Below are positions 63,129-64,000 of a stretch of 64,000 nt of DNA, in pieces. Position 1 is the stretch's first letter, and every line of letters starts with the position of its first letter. The notes beneath the pieces were generated by a model that did no database searches, had not been told where the DNA came from, and worked only from the letters and a program-made list of their open reading frames with translations. Origin of the DNA: Zygnema circumcarinatum SAG 698-1b (Eukaryota > Plantae > Zygnematophyceae); the NCBI GenBank assembly GCA_037447605.1, contig CM074815.1:2232001-2296000 (forward strand), read 5' to 3'. The position numbers and the translations under genes were made by a program.

Positions 63129-64000
63129 GGGGGGGGGGGGTTTAGGGTTTATGGTTGAGGGTTTGGGGGTTTAGGGTTTAGGGTTTAGGGTTTAGGGTTT
63201 AGGGGTTAGGGTTTGGGGTTGAGGAGTTAGGCTTTAGAGTTAGGGTTTAGGGTTTAAGGTTTAAGGTTTAGGGTTTAGGGTTTAGCGGTTAGGGGTTAGG
63301 GGTTAGGGGTTAGGGGTTAGAGGTTAGAGTTTAGGGTTTAGGGTTTCGGGTTCAGGGTTTAGGGTTTCGGGTTCAGGGTTTAGGGTTTAAGGTTTAGAGT
63401 TAAAGGTTTAGGGGTCAGGGTCTCAGGTTTAGGGTTTAGGGCCTAAAATTTAGGGTTGAAGGGTCAGGGTTCAAAGTGGAGGACATTAGAGATAAAGTAG
63501 TTTAGGGGCTAAATGACAACTAAGTGCGCTTCGGTGCCATTAATTCATTACCAATTTTACGGATTTCTGTGTTTTAGCAAGTTTAGAGATTTGACTGGTT
63601 TCGAAAGATTATAAAATAATAAAGCATTCCGATATGAAAGGATGGATTAATCGAACAAATTCATAAATCCTCCACCCAGTCCAACATATGAATTAACATT
63701 AGTCAACTTAGTTAACTAAGCCAGTCAGTTTAGACATTCGTCAGTTCCAGTTACGTTTAAAATAGAAAAAAATAAATAAAAACTAATTATGCATCATCAT
63801 TTTACCATTGCCAGAGGACCAACTGAAAATTTTCTCATCAAAAAAAAAAAAATCATCCCGTGCTTACTTGCATCTGAGACGTCGCATTTAAAAAATTTTG
63901 CCTTGAGCTGCCCGGGCCCTCCCCCTCTCTCTCTCTGCTCTTCAAGGAGTCGCAGAGTCTCCGTTCCGTTCTGTTCCGAAAAGTCAACGAGAGTCAACGC
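63129..64000. other. Duplicate of ~61969-62840 after a 10-N gap (probable assembly artefact)
   Basis: Offset 1160 bp; identical exon (..CDVSDA) and telomere-like intron. Confidence 0.85.

Overview
Eukaryotic nuclear DNA, intron-rich, with GA/CT-microsatellite and telomere-like (TTTAGGG, TTAGGG, TTCAGGG) intron filler. The plant-type gene set together with a pentameric ligand-gated channel suggests a green (probably streptophyte) alga; this is inference. Genes I could assemble by hand: a 146-aa orphan ORF, a divergent VPS23/TSG101-like ESCRT-I gene with a long charged tail, a 5-KH RNA-binding protein, a Cys-less pentameric ligand-gated ion channel with a very large M3-M4 loop, a histidine-phosphatase (PGM-like) protein, a DUF1294 protein, an RLK/Pelle-type kinase fused to Sel1-like repeats, PUS3/TruA, and an SDR+MDR oxidoreductase ending in the peroxisomal signal SKL. 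Positions 10907-21405 are a nested transposon cluster that appears to sit at a single TA site: two pogo/Tigger-like TIR elements, one interrupted by a 7.1-kb Ty3/Gypsy element, separated and flanked by runs of TA-CTG-TA that match Tc1/mariner excision footprints. Mixed CAG/CTG runs occur at two other loci. Three ~1-2 kb duplications next to 10-N gaps are probably assembly artefacts. Exon boundaries are manual predictions and no database search was run.
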